Below are positions 21,944-33,540 of a stretch of 40,108 nt of DNA, one piece after another. This DNA is from Octopus bimaculoides. Its lineage: Eukaryota. Each line of letters starts with the position of its first letter. The first letter of the stretch is position 1. The notes beneath the pieces were generated by a model. That model was not told the origin of the DNA. It was given only the letters and a program-made list of their open reading frames with translations, and did no database searches. The stretch spans positions 33,314,940 to 33,355,047 of the forward strand of contig NC_068996.1 of the NCBI RefSeq assembly GCF_001194135.2, read 5' to 3'. The position numbers and the translations under genes were made by a program.

Positions 21944-23430
21944 CTTGCAGTGTAACCCGACCTTGTCCGGGTGTGACTTATTACGCCATCTACGATAATT
22001 CTTGCTAGGTGAAAATCAACTAAAAAAGAAAGCCTTACAACGAAAAAAACCCTTATGATGTAAATATGTTCATAATTCAAAAGACGATGAAATTAATAGG
22101 GAAAGTCGGAAGGCTGTTTTGCGTAACATTATTAAGCGTATGTAAATTTCATCTGTTTAATTGTCTATAGAAATGCTTGTGCAAAACAACTTTTTGCGCT
22201 GCCCTGATTATACATAGCAGGGTAATCCCTTTTCGCAGGAGCTAGGACGGAAATTCTGATGAAGCAATTGCTGGCGATCTGTTGCTACACAGTTTTGCCA
22301 GAATTTTATCAGATTAGGCAGATGTTGATACACCATTTTGCATTATGTTCAAAGTAGCTTCTGGAATGTGGTGAATTGCTGCAGTCTGTTGCTGTCATTT
22401 TAAACCGGTTGCTTTCTTTCCCCAGCAAGCTCTCTTCTTTGGAGGCATAATCTATGTATATATTAAACAGAACAACAAAAGTTATAATAGATGGCAGGGT
22501 CAGTACTTTTCACATTTCTGTAATTTTTCAGATTAACACCTGCACGATTACCCAACCCTAACCCTAAAACCCTAAACCTAACCCTAACACTAACCCTAAA
22601 CCCTAACCCTAACCCTGACCCTAAAACCGTAACCGTAACACTAATCCTAACCCTAACTGTAACCCTAACCCTAACCGTAATCCTAAAATCCTAACCCTGA
22701 CCCTAAAACTCTAACCCTAACACCCTAGTGAAAATCGTGGTATATTTACAAAACATTGACAAACATGAGTTATAATTTAGTGAATGATTGTGTACTTGCA
22801 CGTGTATGCGTTTGAGAGAGCGAGAGAGGAAGAGGTAGAGAGAGGGCGAGAAAGGAATAGAGAATGGAAGCAATGAAGCGAGAGAAGGAGAGGAAGGGAG
22901 AACGGAAGACAGTTATAAAATAGCAATGCGTGCGTGTGTTTATATAAGAAACACACAGAAACTAAATCTTATATCTATAATGTTGATGTGTGTATGTGTT
23001 TATGTGTATGTTGTTGTCACAGATCACGTATGTGTGGTTGTGTGTGTTTTTACGTATCAATGTTATGAAAACTAGGTAAAGAATACTGAGAGGAAAGTTT
23101 CATCTATGACTTTGTATGCATCACTTTCTCCCTCTCTCTCTCCCACTCATATTCTCTATATTTTATGTTGAGCACGTGTGTAAGAACGCCGGTACAGGTA
23201 GAAGGGAAAAAATATAAAAGTTGCTAGAAACAACAGCCAAATCTCCCTTAAATCACACAAAGTAAACAGAATTTTAAAAATCTAATTACTGCACTGGAAA
23301 GTTCACATCGAAAAAATTCCATTGATGTAAAAATTTTTATGAAAAAGTGGAAAATGTGGATTTCTATAAACTTTTAAAAGGCTTCACACGGACACACATT
23401 TTCACATTTATTATAATAGATAAGATAAGA
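21944..23430 (-). mobile_element. Non-autonomous Helitron containing a telomere-like tract
   Basis: Minus strand starts TCTTATCTTATCTATTATAATAAATG and ends with hairpin acccg-gacaaggt-cgggt then CAAG (CTAG variant). Lies between A21943 and T23431; the empty site agaagtta|taaataaatatctt matches the opposite foldback arm. Confidence 0.85.
22553..22724. repeat. Degenerate (CCCTAA)n interstitial telomere-like tract
   Basis: About 170 bp of CCCTAA and variants (CCCTAAA, CCCTGA, CCGTAA, CACTAA, TCCTAA). Confidence 0.9.
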
Positions 23431-25974
23431 TAAATAAATATCTTGCAAGATATTGTTGCACATATTTTGATTGAATTCCTGACTTTTGGATTGATTTTTT
23501 TTATGTCTTTCCAAAGTCTCTTATTGTTTTGTGTGTGTATTTTTCTCTGTGTGCTATTTTCAAAATTGTTAGAGTGAGGCATTTTCCCATCATTGTTTCA
23601 AAGATATTTATTTATAACTTCTCAGCATGAAGAAAGTCTGTTGCACAAGTTCTACCTTCCTCCCTCAATGAAGGTATGTATATGTATGTTAGTGCAAATA
23701 CTTGTTTCCATATTCGTTTTCTACATATTTTTTTTTACACCTATTAGACTAGTGTTTTTTCATTTTGGTGACCAGGTGCTAAACTAGACCCTGAAAATTA
23801 TGAAGAAAAACTGGATCATTTGAATTTTCCGACAGTTCTCTCCCCACCCCTTCAGAAAACATTTTCCCCACAAATTTCTTTACAATCATAATCTATGCCA
23901 TTTGAAAGGTGTTTCTGTAAAATTTCAGTAAAAGATATCCATTTCCTGAAAGTTACGAGGGAAAAAAATCAGATCATGTGAATTTTCCAAAAATCCCCCA
24001 CCCCATTCGTTTCGCAAATTTTCGTTTACATATTCATTTTCTACACGTTTTGTTTACACCTATTAGACAAAATTTTTTTTGCTTTGGTGACCAGCTGCTA
24101 AACTAGATCCTGAAAGTTAAAAAGGAAAAAAAACAGATTGTGTGAATTTACTGACAGTCCTCTCCCCACTTCTTTGGAAAACATTTTCCCCACAAATTTC
24201 TTTATAATCATAATCTATGCTGTTTGAAAGGTGTTTCTGTAAAATTTCATTAAAAGATCCATTTTCCTGAAAGCTATGTGGGAAAAAAACAGATCTGTGA
24301 GTTTTTTGAAATCCTCTCCCCACCCCTTCAGAAAACGTTTTCCATAGAAATTTCTTTATAATCGTACTTTGTGCCATTTGAACGGTATTTCTATAAAATT
24401 TCATTAGAAGAGTTCCGTTTTCCTGAAAGTTATGGGGGGAAAACTCGGATCTTGTGTATTTTCTGAAAGTCCTCTCCCCATCCCCACCCACATTCATTTG
24501 CGCAAATTTTTGTTTTCACATTCGTTTTCTGCACATTTTTTACAACTAGTAAGCTGTTTTTTTATTTTGTGACCAGGTCTTACACTATATATTAATCCAT
24601 TTTTACTATAAACATTATGTTTGGCATCAAGCAGTTTCCTCAACTGTGGAACTACTGGAATCCTAATATAAGGTATGATGATTCATATATTTCCAGTATT
24701 ATTTCTAACTATAGTTAATTCATATATTGTTCATGTAAAAAGCCATAAGGTACCTCCACCACCAAAGGACTATGACCATTTCACATTTCAGGTTTATATT
24801 GCATCGTGGCTACATGTGGTCTTTTCTTCCAGAAAGCACAGAACTGGGAGAAAAGCAAAATTAATCGAGGAGGATGTCAACAGAGAAAATATTGACTTCC
24901 ATAAAGGGGAAAAAATAATTGGAAGGAAACGAGTTTGCAAACTGTGTTCACTGCAAAAAAAAGGAAAACTGAAAAAGGATATCAGGTCAGGACCTAATAT
25001 ATGTTTGTTTTGCAAAGTGCATTTGTGTAAAGGGTGCTTTGGACAGTTTCATGATAGAAATATGGCATTTTGTTGTTTGATAGTAATACTATCACACATT
25101 CCTTTTGTTTTATTATAAATAATATATGAAAGTGAGAAATACATATTAATTTTCAGTATGTCACACATCTGTAGTCACCTTTGCCTCACCTGTTAATGAG
25201 TTTTTTTTTTATTAGATGTATTCATTAAATTGTATAAGAGTACATAGCCAATGGTATATTGACTAGTAAAAGAGTTTTGTACTTTATTTTCAATGAAAAT
25301 GTTTGAATGAAATTTAGAGAAAGAATAAAATCTTGTACCAATTATACCTGTACTTTAGTTCATTCAAATTACTGTACTTCATCTTGAAAAGTGGCCAAAT
25401 TGTTGGCAGTTGACATCTGGAATAATTTTAGTAACAAATCAAAGTTAAGATGCATTAAGAATTTTAATTTTAGTGTTTATCCATAATGTTATTACTTTTA
25501 CACTTGTTAATTAAATTTACCTGCCCATAAAAGTCAAATTTAATCTGCAAAATCAGCTAGAATTACATAACTATAACCCACTGACAAAATTTCAAATCTG
25601 TATGTAAAAAATTAACAAAGTTACTAGCAAATATTGTGAACACCCCTCTCGAGCCTGAATAATTCAAAATAATGTGAACAAATAAGCATTACATTTGATA
25701 GATTAATCTGAACACTAAAGGGTTAAACAACTCTTATTCAGGGACCTTTTGAGCAAGATTGGCTACTTGGCCAGAAGAAAAATTCTAATTGGGCCTCACC
25801 TGCAAGGTCTGGCACTATTTATCTTGATATGTAATCACCATGTTGTACACATATGGTTGTGATGCATGTGCCTGGTGTATCCTTATCAGAAGAGTAGTTA
25901 TGATGGGTGTATTGAGCTTCATATATTTGTATCCCAGTGTCACTTTCATGGTATGCACTGCTCTCTCACTCAGA

Positions 25975-27119
25975 AATATTAATAGAATGACTTTACTTGC
26001 CAAGAAAAGAGGGTGGCCGTGGGCTCTTACAACTTGAATTGACAATGAAAAATTCAGATGACTGGATACTAAAACTTGTCTAAAGCACAAAAACAAGAAA
26101 ACTACATACTCAGCAACAAAACAAGTAAGGAAATATCTAAGTGAATTCCAAATACAGCAAGCCCCAGAATTAGATGTACTGAAAACAAGCACAGAAAAAG
26201 CCAAATGTATGAAAACCCTTGCTAAAACTGCTGCCTTAGATATTCTCACTGATAACTGGTAAGAAAAACCTCTCAATAGCAGATACTCTAAGAAAGTTAT
26301 TATTGATTATGCTGACGAAACCTTTACCATCAATGGTTGACATCTTCTGGCTTAAAATCAGAGACAGAAGAGTTTTTCATAGCAGCCCAGGATCAATGCC
26401 TATCTACAAGAAGCTACCAGGCCAACATATTAAAGAACAGCAGTAGCCCAACATGTTGTGTATGTAAACAACAAGCAGAAACCATTGATCATATTGTCTC
26501 TATGTGTAGCCTTCTTGCACCCACAGTGTATCTCAACAGGAATGATAGAGCAACACAGTATATTTACTGGGTAATCTGCCCGAATTGACATATTAAGAAC
26601 TACCAAAAACTGAACAAATATAAAGATCATGAAATAGAAATTGGTAAAATATGGAACCTGAAGACTAGAACAAACCTGTTGTCATAAGTGCCCTAGGGAT
26701 GATAGCAAAAGGGGCTATCCCTATCTGAGATACCAGGAGATCCAGAGGTGGAAGAAATTTCAAAAATAGTGCTCATGAGAACTGCTCCTATCCTAAGAAA
26801 AATATTGTCTATGTAAATCCAAAAACATTTTAATCTGTGAACATTATCAAAAGTACTTTTAAATGTACATAATAGCAAACACCTTTTACTGTCATCTTAA
26901 GATCACTCTATTTTATCATGAAATTACTTCTAAAACAAACTTTAAATATTCTTATGTTTTGACAGACACTCTCTAGAACAATACTCTGCAAAACCAAAAA
27001 TACGGTACCCTAATCATAATACTGACTTGAACTTCTAACTTGTCTCTTGAGGTCTCTGAGTGAAACTTGGAGTCAACTTGTACAAGTACAAAGCAAAAAC
27101 CAAACACAATAATAATAAT
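25975..27119 (+). mobile_element. R4/Dong-like LINE fragment b with 3' UTR and (AAT)n
   Basis: LYLPRKEGGRGL; SSGLKSETEEFFIAAQDQCL...CCVCKQQAETIDHIVSMCSLLAP; KIVLMRTAPILRKILSM*. Internal deletions present. Confidence 0.85.
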
Positions 27120-27131
27120 TAATGATGATGA

Positions 27132-28284
27132 TGCAATAAACCCACGTGCAGTCACAGTAGTTTGATATGGCACTGGAATCCTGAAGTGTACAGAGGAAGA
27201 GCTAAAGGAGATGGACAGGAAGTCAAGAAAGCTTCTAACAATGTATGGAGCCCATCATCCTCATGAAGAGAGCAAATGAAGGAAGAGGACTGATAACTGT
27301 GGAAGACTGCATGCATATTGAACTCAAGAGCTTAATGAAATACCTAGATCAAGGTAAGGAAACCTTTCTAGTGACAGTTAGGAACAAGGGAGTATTGAAA
27401 GCAGAGAAAAAAGGAAAAACAAAGGAAGCAATGCAAAAAGGACATGAGGAAGAATCACGCAAAAGGACATGAGGAAGAATCAGTTCTATGCAGCTACAAT
27501 AGAAGTTGTTGGAAAAAATAGGTGGGATTGGCTGATGAAAGGAACATTAAAAAAAGAGACTGAGAGCACTATACTGGCAGCACGACACCAAGCTTTGGTC
27601 ATAAACTGGAGGGTCAGCCTTAGGAATGAGCAAGTATCTATACTGTACTAAATCTGCAACAGAGAGGATGAAACCATTGCCCATATCACAAATGAATGCC
27701 CTAAACTTGCCCAAAACCACTACAAGTTGTGGCAACATGATAAGGTAGCAAAAGTGCTATATTGGAAACTGTGTGAAAAGTGGGGTCTAGAGAGAGGCAA
27801 GATGGGGTAGGGGCACAAACTGCAGAGGGTGGTGTGTCAGAGACTAGTAAAATCTTCTGGGATTTCCCAATCCACACAGATCAGGTGCTAGAGCATAACA
27901 GACCGGACCTAGTGGTGGTGGACAAGATGCACCACATACGCTATATAGTTGATGTTACATGCCCCTTCGATCCACAAATAGTCAAAAGGAAGGCGAAAAG
28001 ATAGATAAATACAACCCTCTTAAGTACGAAATAGACGATTATGGAAAATGAAGAAGGTGAAGACAATACCAATTATTGTTGGATCCTTGGGAATATTATC
28101 AGAAGGCATCAAGGGGAATATAAAGGAAATTGGAATAGAGTGCCAGGTTTTCTTCCTTGGCATGGCCAGAATAATCGGAAAAGTATTAGATAGCTGAAAA
28201 CAATGGATAGCATGGTACCATAAGTTGCAGGTAGAAAAACCACTATGCATGTAAAACTCCTGGAGCTCCAACAAAACCTGTGAT
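27132..28284 (+). mobile_element. R4/Dong-like LINE fragment c
   Basis: ELKEMDRKSRKLLTMYGAHHP; GRGLITVED; LKKETESTILAA; IFWDFPIHTDQVLEHNRPDLVVVDK; IPIIVGSLG. 3' UTR resembles copies e and f. Confidence 0.85.
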
Positions 28285-29478
28285 AAAACCACCACAATTG
28301 GACTGACAAAATATTTTGAAACATTGAACAACTGGATGTCAAAGCTTGTTGAAAACCACAAAAGATGTAAGAAACTTCATTCTGTTATGCATGAGAGCAA
28401 AGAATTTTCTAGTGAGTTTATGCATAATACCTGGGTTGAACAGCATGATGGAAGTATGGCAGCTGTAGTTGCAAAGAAGGTGAAATCAATAGCAAAGTAA
28501 AATGTATTTGAACAATTGGCTGATAGGTGGTAACAAAAACCTCTGCATGACAAATATGTGATGTAGCAAATAAGCTGATGTAGACCAGAAGCACACCCAT
28601 CAATGGCTATAGAGCTCAGGACTAAAGGCAGAAAACAAAGGCTTTATCTTGGCTGCTCAAGATCAGAGCTTATTGATCCGGAACTATCAAGCTAATGTGA
28701 TGAAAAATGGTGTAGACCCAAAGTGCTGATATTGCAATGAAGGGATTGAAACAGTGACTACCTAATCTATGGTTGTAAGCTTTTAGCACCTGTAGAGTAT
28801 AAATCAAGACATGATAGAGTTGGCCAATATCTATATTGGATAATGTGTCAAAACTGCTAACAAATGATGCAAGCACCATACTGGGACTATAACTGAGGGA
28901 GAAAATGTAACAATTCTTTGGGACTTCCCATTATGTACAGACCGGACCATCAAAGCAATTAAACCAGATATTGTTGTGGAAGACCAAAACAATAAAATCT
29001 GTTTATTGATTGACATAAGCATTACTTGTGATCATATCTCAGAAAAAGAATTTGACAAACTCAGAAAATATAAAGATTTGCTCATTGAAATCGAAAAAAT
29101 GTAGCATTTCAAGACAGATACAATACCAGTGACTGTAGAAGCACTTGAAATGATCAAAAAAGGAACTGAAAATTATTTGAGAATGATCCCAGGCTGCTTA
29201 CCACTCATGAAGGAAGTGCAAAAGATTGTCTTAACTGGTACATCACACGTATTGAGAAGAGCATTGTTACCGTAAATTTTCTTTCCCTTTTCCCCCTTTA
29301 TTTTCTTTGTTTTTACCTTTTTCTCTCAGTTGTTCTTCCTCTTTTGTAAATGGACAATCCAGTAAATGGTGTACCAATGTATACAGTGCATTTCTCTGCC
29401 TTAAGTGTCAGGAAGACACTCAGCAAGAAATGGAAACAGAATTGAAAGGAGATGGTAATGATAATAATAATAAAAATA
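28285..29478 (+). mobile_element. R4/Dong-like LINE fragment d (same family as a)
   Basis: Aligns with 17170-18096 (aaaaccaccacaattggactg...gatcagagcttattgatc...aatgatcccaggc) and continues to IVLTGTSHVLRRALLP*. 3' UTR end is approximate. Confidence 0.85.
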
Positions 29479-29819
29479 ACATAGCAAACCAAGTTTGAAA
29501 CCCATTTACCAGCCCCCACACCATCCCACAGAATATCTCCCCCAAATAGGTACAAACAGCATGTTGGGGAGGATGAACATTAGCATTCCATTTTGGATGA
29601 CCATGGAAAGTGTCCCAAATGAATAATGACAAAGGCCATGCCACCAACACAGTCAACTACAAGAACAACAACAAACACAGAAGCAATAGAAACGATCAGA
29701 AACAGAAGATCACAACAAAGCCACTGAGACTACAGGAAATAATGAAAAAGAACAAGTGCTTACAACTGTACTACTACCACCACCAACGATACAAGCAAAG
29801 GATAATAATACTAATGATA

Positions 29820-32800
29820 ACACGCCCTGGGTAGGGTATAAAACTGCACCTGGCTGTGGCGTCGCAAAGTGAGAAGAACAAGGTTACCTTTAACCACAAC
29901 TAACTTCAGATCACTGGCAAAGTTGGGCAAAGTAAGCCCACCCCAAGACCTAGAAATACCAGGTTGGCTTCTGGTGGGGTTAAGCTTGGCTCATGGGAGG
30001 AGGGGTCCTTTCAACCTTGGTCAGCAACCCCTCTAGAGAAGGTGACTCAATAAAAACATTGATAGTTGTACCACCTCAACACCATAATTCTCAAGAGTGA
30101 AAATGTCAAATACAAAGATATAAAACAATAAATTGAATGAGATTGGAACTAAAAACAGTGTACACAAGGGTAGGTGTGGACTCTCAGAGCCTTGGTTAGC
30201 AACCATCTAGTGATGGTGCCATGATAAAAATACTGCTGATTGCACAACCTTACAAATGCTACCGCTGAATAAGTGATGTCAAAATTAAATAATAACCACA
30301 ACTGTGCTATCAGGACTGGAACTGTTAACTGTGAAGGCGTCATGCACAACAGACAAGGAGTATCTGATCAAACTCTGGCAAGTCGTCATCAAGCAATTGA
30401 TCAGGAACAAAATCGCAGTCAAAAGTGCAACAGATTGCTCTTGCTTTGTCTGGGCAGATGCTTCAACACCTCCTTTTTCATCTCATATTCTCTTTATTTG
30501 ATTCACGAACCCTCTTTTATTTGGCTCACTTCTCAGCCAGCATTCTATTACTATTTTAATTACTTCTTTTTCCCCATTTCATTCTTTTTTAGCAGAAAGC
30601 AGTAATGAAGGGGTAAGACATGAAGAACATGAAACAGATGGAACCTGAAGAGTACCAGAAAATACTGATAAAGTAACAAATGAAGATGATCTAGATGGAG
30701 AAGTGACAGTAAGTACTGAACAAGACTTAAATGATGAAGAGTAGGAAATTTTAGAAATGTTGTGAGATAAAATGACTGATGGGAACAATGAAGTACTACC
30801 AAATGTAAGATATATGGACAAAAAAACAAGTGAGGAAAGCCACAGGTAAAGTAAATGAGGTTTTAAGCTTGATTAAAACAAAAAACATCAGTGAAACAAA
30901 CCAGCTAATCATAGTTGCTGCTAATGTTGTAGCTAACATAGTAGGCGACAAGAAAAAAAACTGAAGATATAAAAGCAAATGAAAAGAAAGAACTGAACTG
31001 GAGGAAGAGAATACGAATGAAGCTGGAAAGGACACTGAAAGAACTTGGGCAATTGAATAGGATAATGAGAGGAGAGCTCAAGAATAAGGTAGTAATCAGA
31101 AAATTGAATGGTCAATACAGGTTAGAAGAATGAGGAAAACAAAAGGTGACAGGATTAAAGGTCAAACTAAAATGATATGATGCAAGATGCAAAGGTTTCA
31201 AACAGAATAGACTGTTCCAATCAAATAGAAGGCATCTATTTGAGAAAATAGAGGGAAGCCAACACCAGAATTGATTTCAGATGTGGAAGAAAGTAAAGAA
31301 TTTTGGGGAAGGCTGTGGAACAGGTCAGCAAGACAAAGAAAGTGCGGAGTGGCTAACAAAGGTGGAAAGACAACTTGAAACTATACTAAGACGAAAGGAC
31401 GTCAAAATTAATCTATACACAATGAGACAGAAGTTTTAAAAAAATAACAAATTGGAAGGGACCAGCCCCGGATGGAGTACAAGGCTATTGAGTGAAGAAT
31501 ATTACATAGTTGCATGAAAGGATCACTGCACAACTGGATGACTGCCTGCAGCAAGGTCACATCTTTGCATGGATGACAAATGGATGAATGCTGCTATGCC
31601 TCAAGGATCCTTTAAAAGGGAACTTGGCATCAAATTTTCAACATATAACTTGTTGACCACTAATGTGGCAGTTTATGATTGGTGTCTTGGCAGAAAAGTT
31701 ATACAACTATTTGGAAAGTAACAATCTACTACCAGAAGAACAGAAAAGGTGTGGGAAACAAAGTAGGACAACAAAAAATCACTTATTAGCTGATGGAATG
31801 ATAATTAGAAATTGCAGAAGCAAATTCATGGGACTGAATGTAGCATCGCTAAATTGCAAAAAAGCATATGACATAGTACCACACAATTGGATAAGTAAAA
31901 CAATAAGCATGTTTAGAATAGCAAAAAACATGGAGAAAATGCTTAATGAAAGCATGAAACATTGGAATACAGAATTGGTTGGAAGAAAATAAAAACTCAG
32001 AAAAGTAAACGTCAAACATGGAATATTCCAAGCTGACAGCTTATCCCTACTGCTATTTGTATTGGCCATGACACCGCTCATTATGATACGACAAAAAGTT
32101 AAAATTGCTTACGATTTAGGAAAAGGAAATAGTCAAATAAATCATCTCCTTTTCATAGATGATATAAGGGTTTATGCAAAAAATGAGAATCAACTTGAAA
32201 ATCTTGCACATACTATCCACATTTTCTCAAATGATGCAGGTATGGAATTTGGGATAGAAAAGTGAGCTATATTGAAAATGAAACAAAGAAGATTTGAAAG
32301 AAGCCAGGAAACTGTAATGCCAAATGAGAAAACAATGACAGTGGCTAAGAAAGGAAAGTGGTATAAGTACTTGGGAATGCTGGAATCAGATGAGATAAAA
32401 AATGAAGAAATGAAACAAGTTACCAGTAAAGAGTACACAAGGAGAAGCAGAAAATTATTACAGTAAAAGCTGAATTCCAAAACTTTTATTGAAGCAATAA
32501 ACTCAAGAGCAGTACCCATAAGTAGATATGGAGTTGGAATAATAGACTGGACCAGAAAAAATAAAGAAAATAGAAAAACTAGGTAGTTGTTGACAATGCA
32601 TGGAGTCTATCATCTGAAAGGTGATGTCAACTGGCTGTACCTGAGGAAGGACCAGGGTGGAAGAATCTTAATAGCATTTGAAGAATGTGTTCAGATGGAA
32701 AGAAAATGCCTAGAAGAGTATTTACAGAGCAGCACAGAAAAACTACTTAAGACAGTAAATAAAGAACAGGTGATGAAGCATGTAATAGGAGAAAAGGACA

Positions 32801-33338
32801 AGAATGAAATACAAAGAGAGCACATTAGAAATATTGAGGAGAAACCTCTGCATGGCAATTTTGGAGAGCCACTCAAGACAAATGTGGAACAAAATCCTGG
32901 ATTTGGTTAAAAAAGGGGTAATAAAAAATGAAACAGAGCCTAATTGTAGCAGTCTAAGATCCAGAAAACTCATACACATTTGATTCCAGGATTATAAAGA
33001 AGGAGAAAGAAAAACAAAAGCAATAATATCCCTTAAAATTTGAAATAGGAAGAATTTGGAGCATGAACAGTAAAGGTCATGCCAATGATAATTGGTGCGT
33101 TAGGAACAGTAAGCAAAGATATAGACAAATGGCTGAATGAGACTGGAACAGAATGCCTGGTAGAGCTCTTACTGAAAGATTGTCTCTTAGAGACAGCAAG
33201 GATTACCAGGAGGGTTCTAAGCACTTGAAAAACTGCTGAAAACTGGTGGATACCTAAGGTTACAGGTAGTAATCCGCTATCCACATAATCCCTACCAGGA
33301 ATAAGACCTAACCTGAGACAAACCAAAATAATAATAAT
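29820..33338 (+). mobile_element. R4/Dong-like LINE copy e, near full length, decayed, with internal inversion and deleted Zn-knuckle/RLE segment
   Basis: RT motifs LLPEEQK, KKAYDIVPHNWI, GIFQADSLS, INHLLFIDDIRVYAK, FSNDAGMEFGIEK; LYLRKDQGGR; 3' end followed by (AAT)n. 5' boundary is approximate. Confidence 0.88.
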
Positions 33339-33540
33339 CCTTTCTACTAATGGTATAAGGCCTGAAATCTGTGGGAGGGGACCAGCTGATTACATCGACC
33401 TCAGTGTTTCACTGGTACTTATCTTATCGACACGGAAAGGATAAAAGACAAAACCAACCTAAACAGCATTTGAACTCAGAATATAAGAATGAATGAAACG
33501 CTACGAAGCATTTTGTCTGGCATGTTAATTCTGCTAGCTT
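33339..33540 (-). mobile_element. SINE family B, tail-to-tail with R4 copy e
   Basis: Aligns with the other family-B copies and shares the (AAT)n at 33327-33338. Confidence 0.85.

Larger units (their letters stand above)
21369..24599. mobile_element. Foldback-type non-autonomous DNA element with long, internally repetitive, asymmetric inverted arms
   Basis: Left arm 21369-21943 plus 23431-23444 is inverted relative to right arm 23601-24599. Arms are built of modules such as ggggagaggact.tcagaaaattcac and cataactttcaggaaaatggatatcttttactgaaattttacagaaacacctttcaaa. Spacer is ~156 bp. Confidence 0.85.
20950..25070 (+). pseudogene. piggyBac transposase remnant (acidic N-terminus, start of core, C-terminal Cys-rich domain; catalytic core deleted)
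   Basis: MVSASSNSDFEGF...SSSDEED...W..IPNFT..LPPGAQPLDY; MQAFF|TINIMFGIKQFPQLWNYW; FLTIVNSYI; RVCKLC...CLFCKVHLCKGCFGQFH. Confidence 0.88.
20695..25722 (+). mobile_element. piggyBac DNA transposon, internally deleted, carrying nested insertions
   Basis: TTAA TSD (20691-20694 and 25723-25726); 17-bp TIR CCCTTTAGTGTT(T/C)AGAT; transposase remnants. Confidence 0.93.
20462..25971 (+). mobile_element. Family D copy split by the piggyBac insertion (halves 20462-20694 and 25723-25971)
   Basis: The halves rejoin as ttcaacgtccTTAAacaactcttattcaggg, matching ttcaaaatccttaaacaatccttattcaagg in the intact 39100 copy. Confidence 0.85.

Noticed and set aside
22250-22300. Hammerhead-like CTGATGA followed by a short stem
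   Set aside because: It is followed by GGCGA rather than GAAA, and there are no stems I/III.
22400-22545. Captured host exons in the Helitron (two pyrimidine-tract/AG motifs)
   Set aside because: No recognisable peptide in any frame, and such motifs are common by chance in T-rich DNA.
21372-24595. TTAA-flanked boundary model for the foldback element
   Set aside because: It is possible, but the rebuilt site has five extra codons and a stop in the piggyBac frame, whereas the TG...CA model restores the expected spacing. Kept only as an alternative.
23668-24595. CRISPR-like or satellite array
   Set aside because: The repeats are long, degenerate, lack unique spacers and belong to a transposon arm in a eukaryotic genome.
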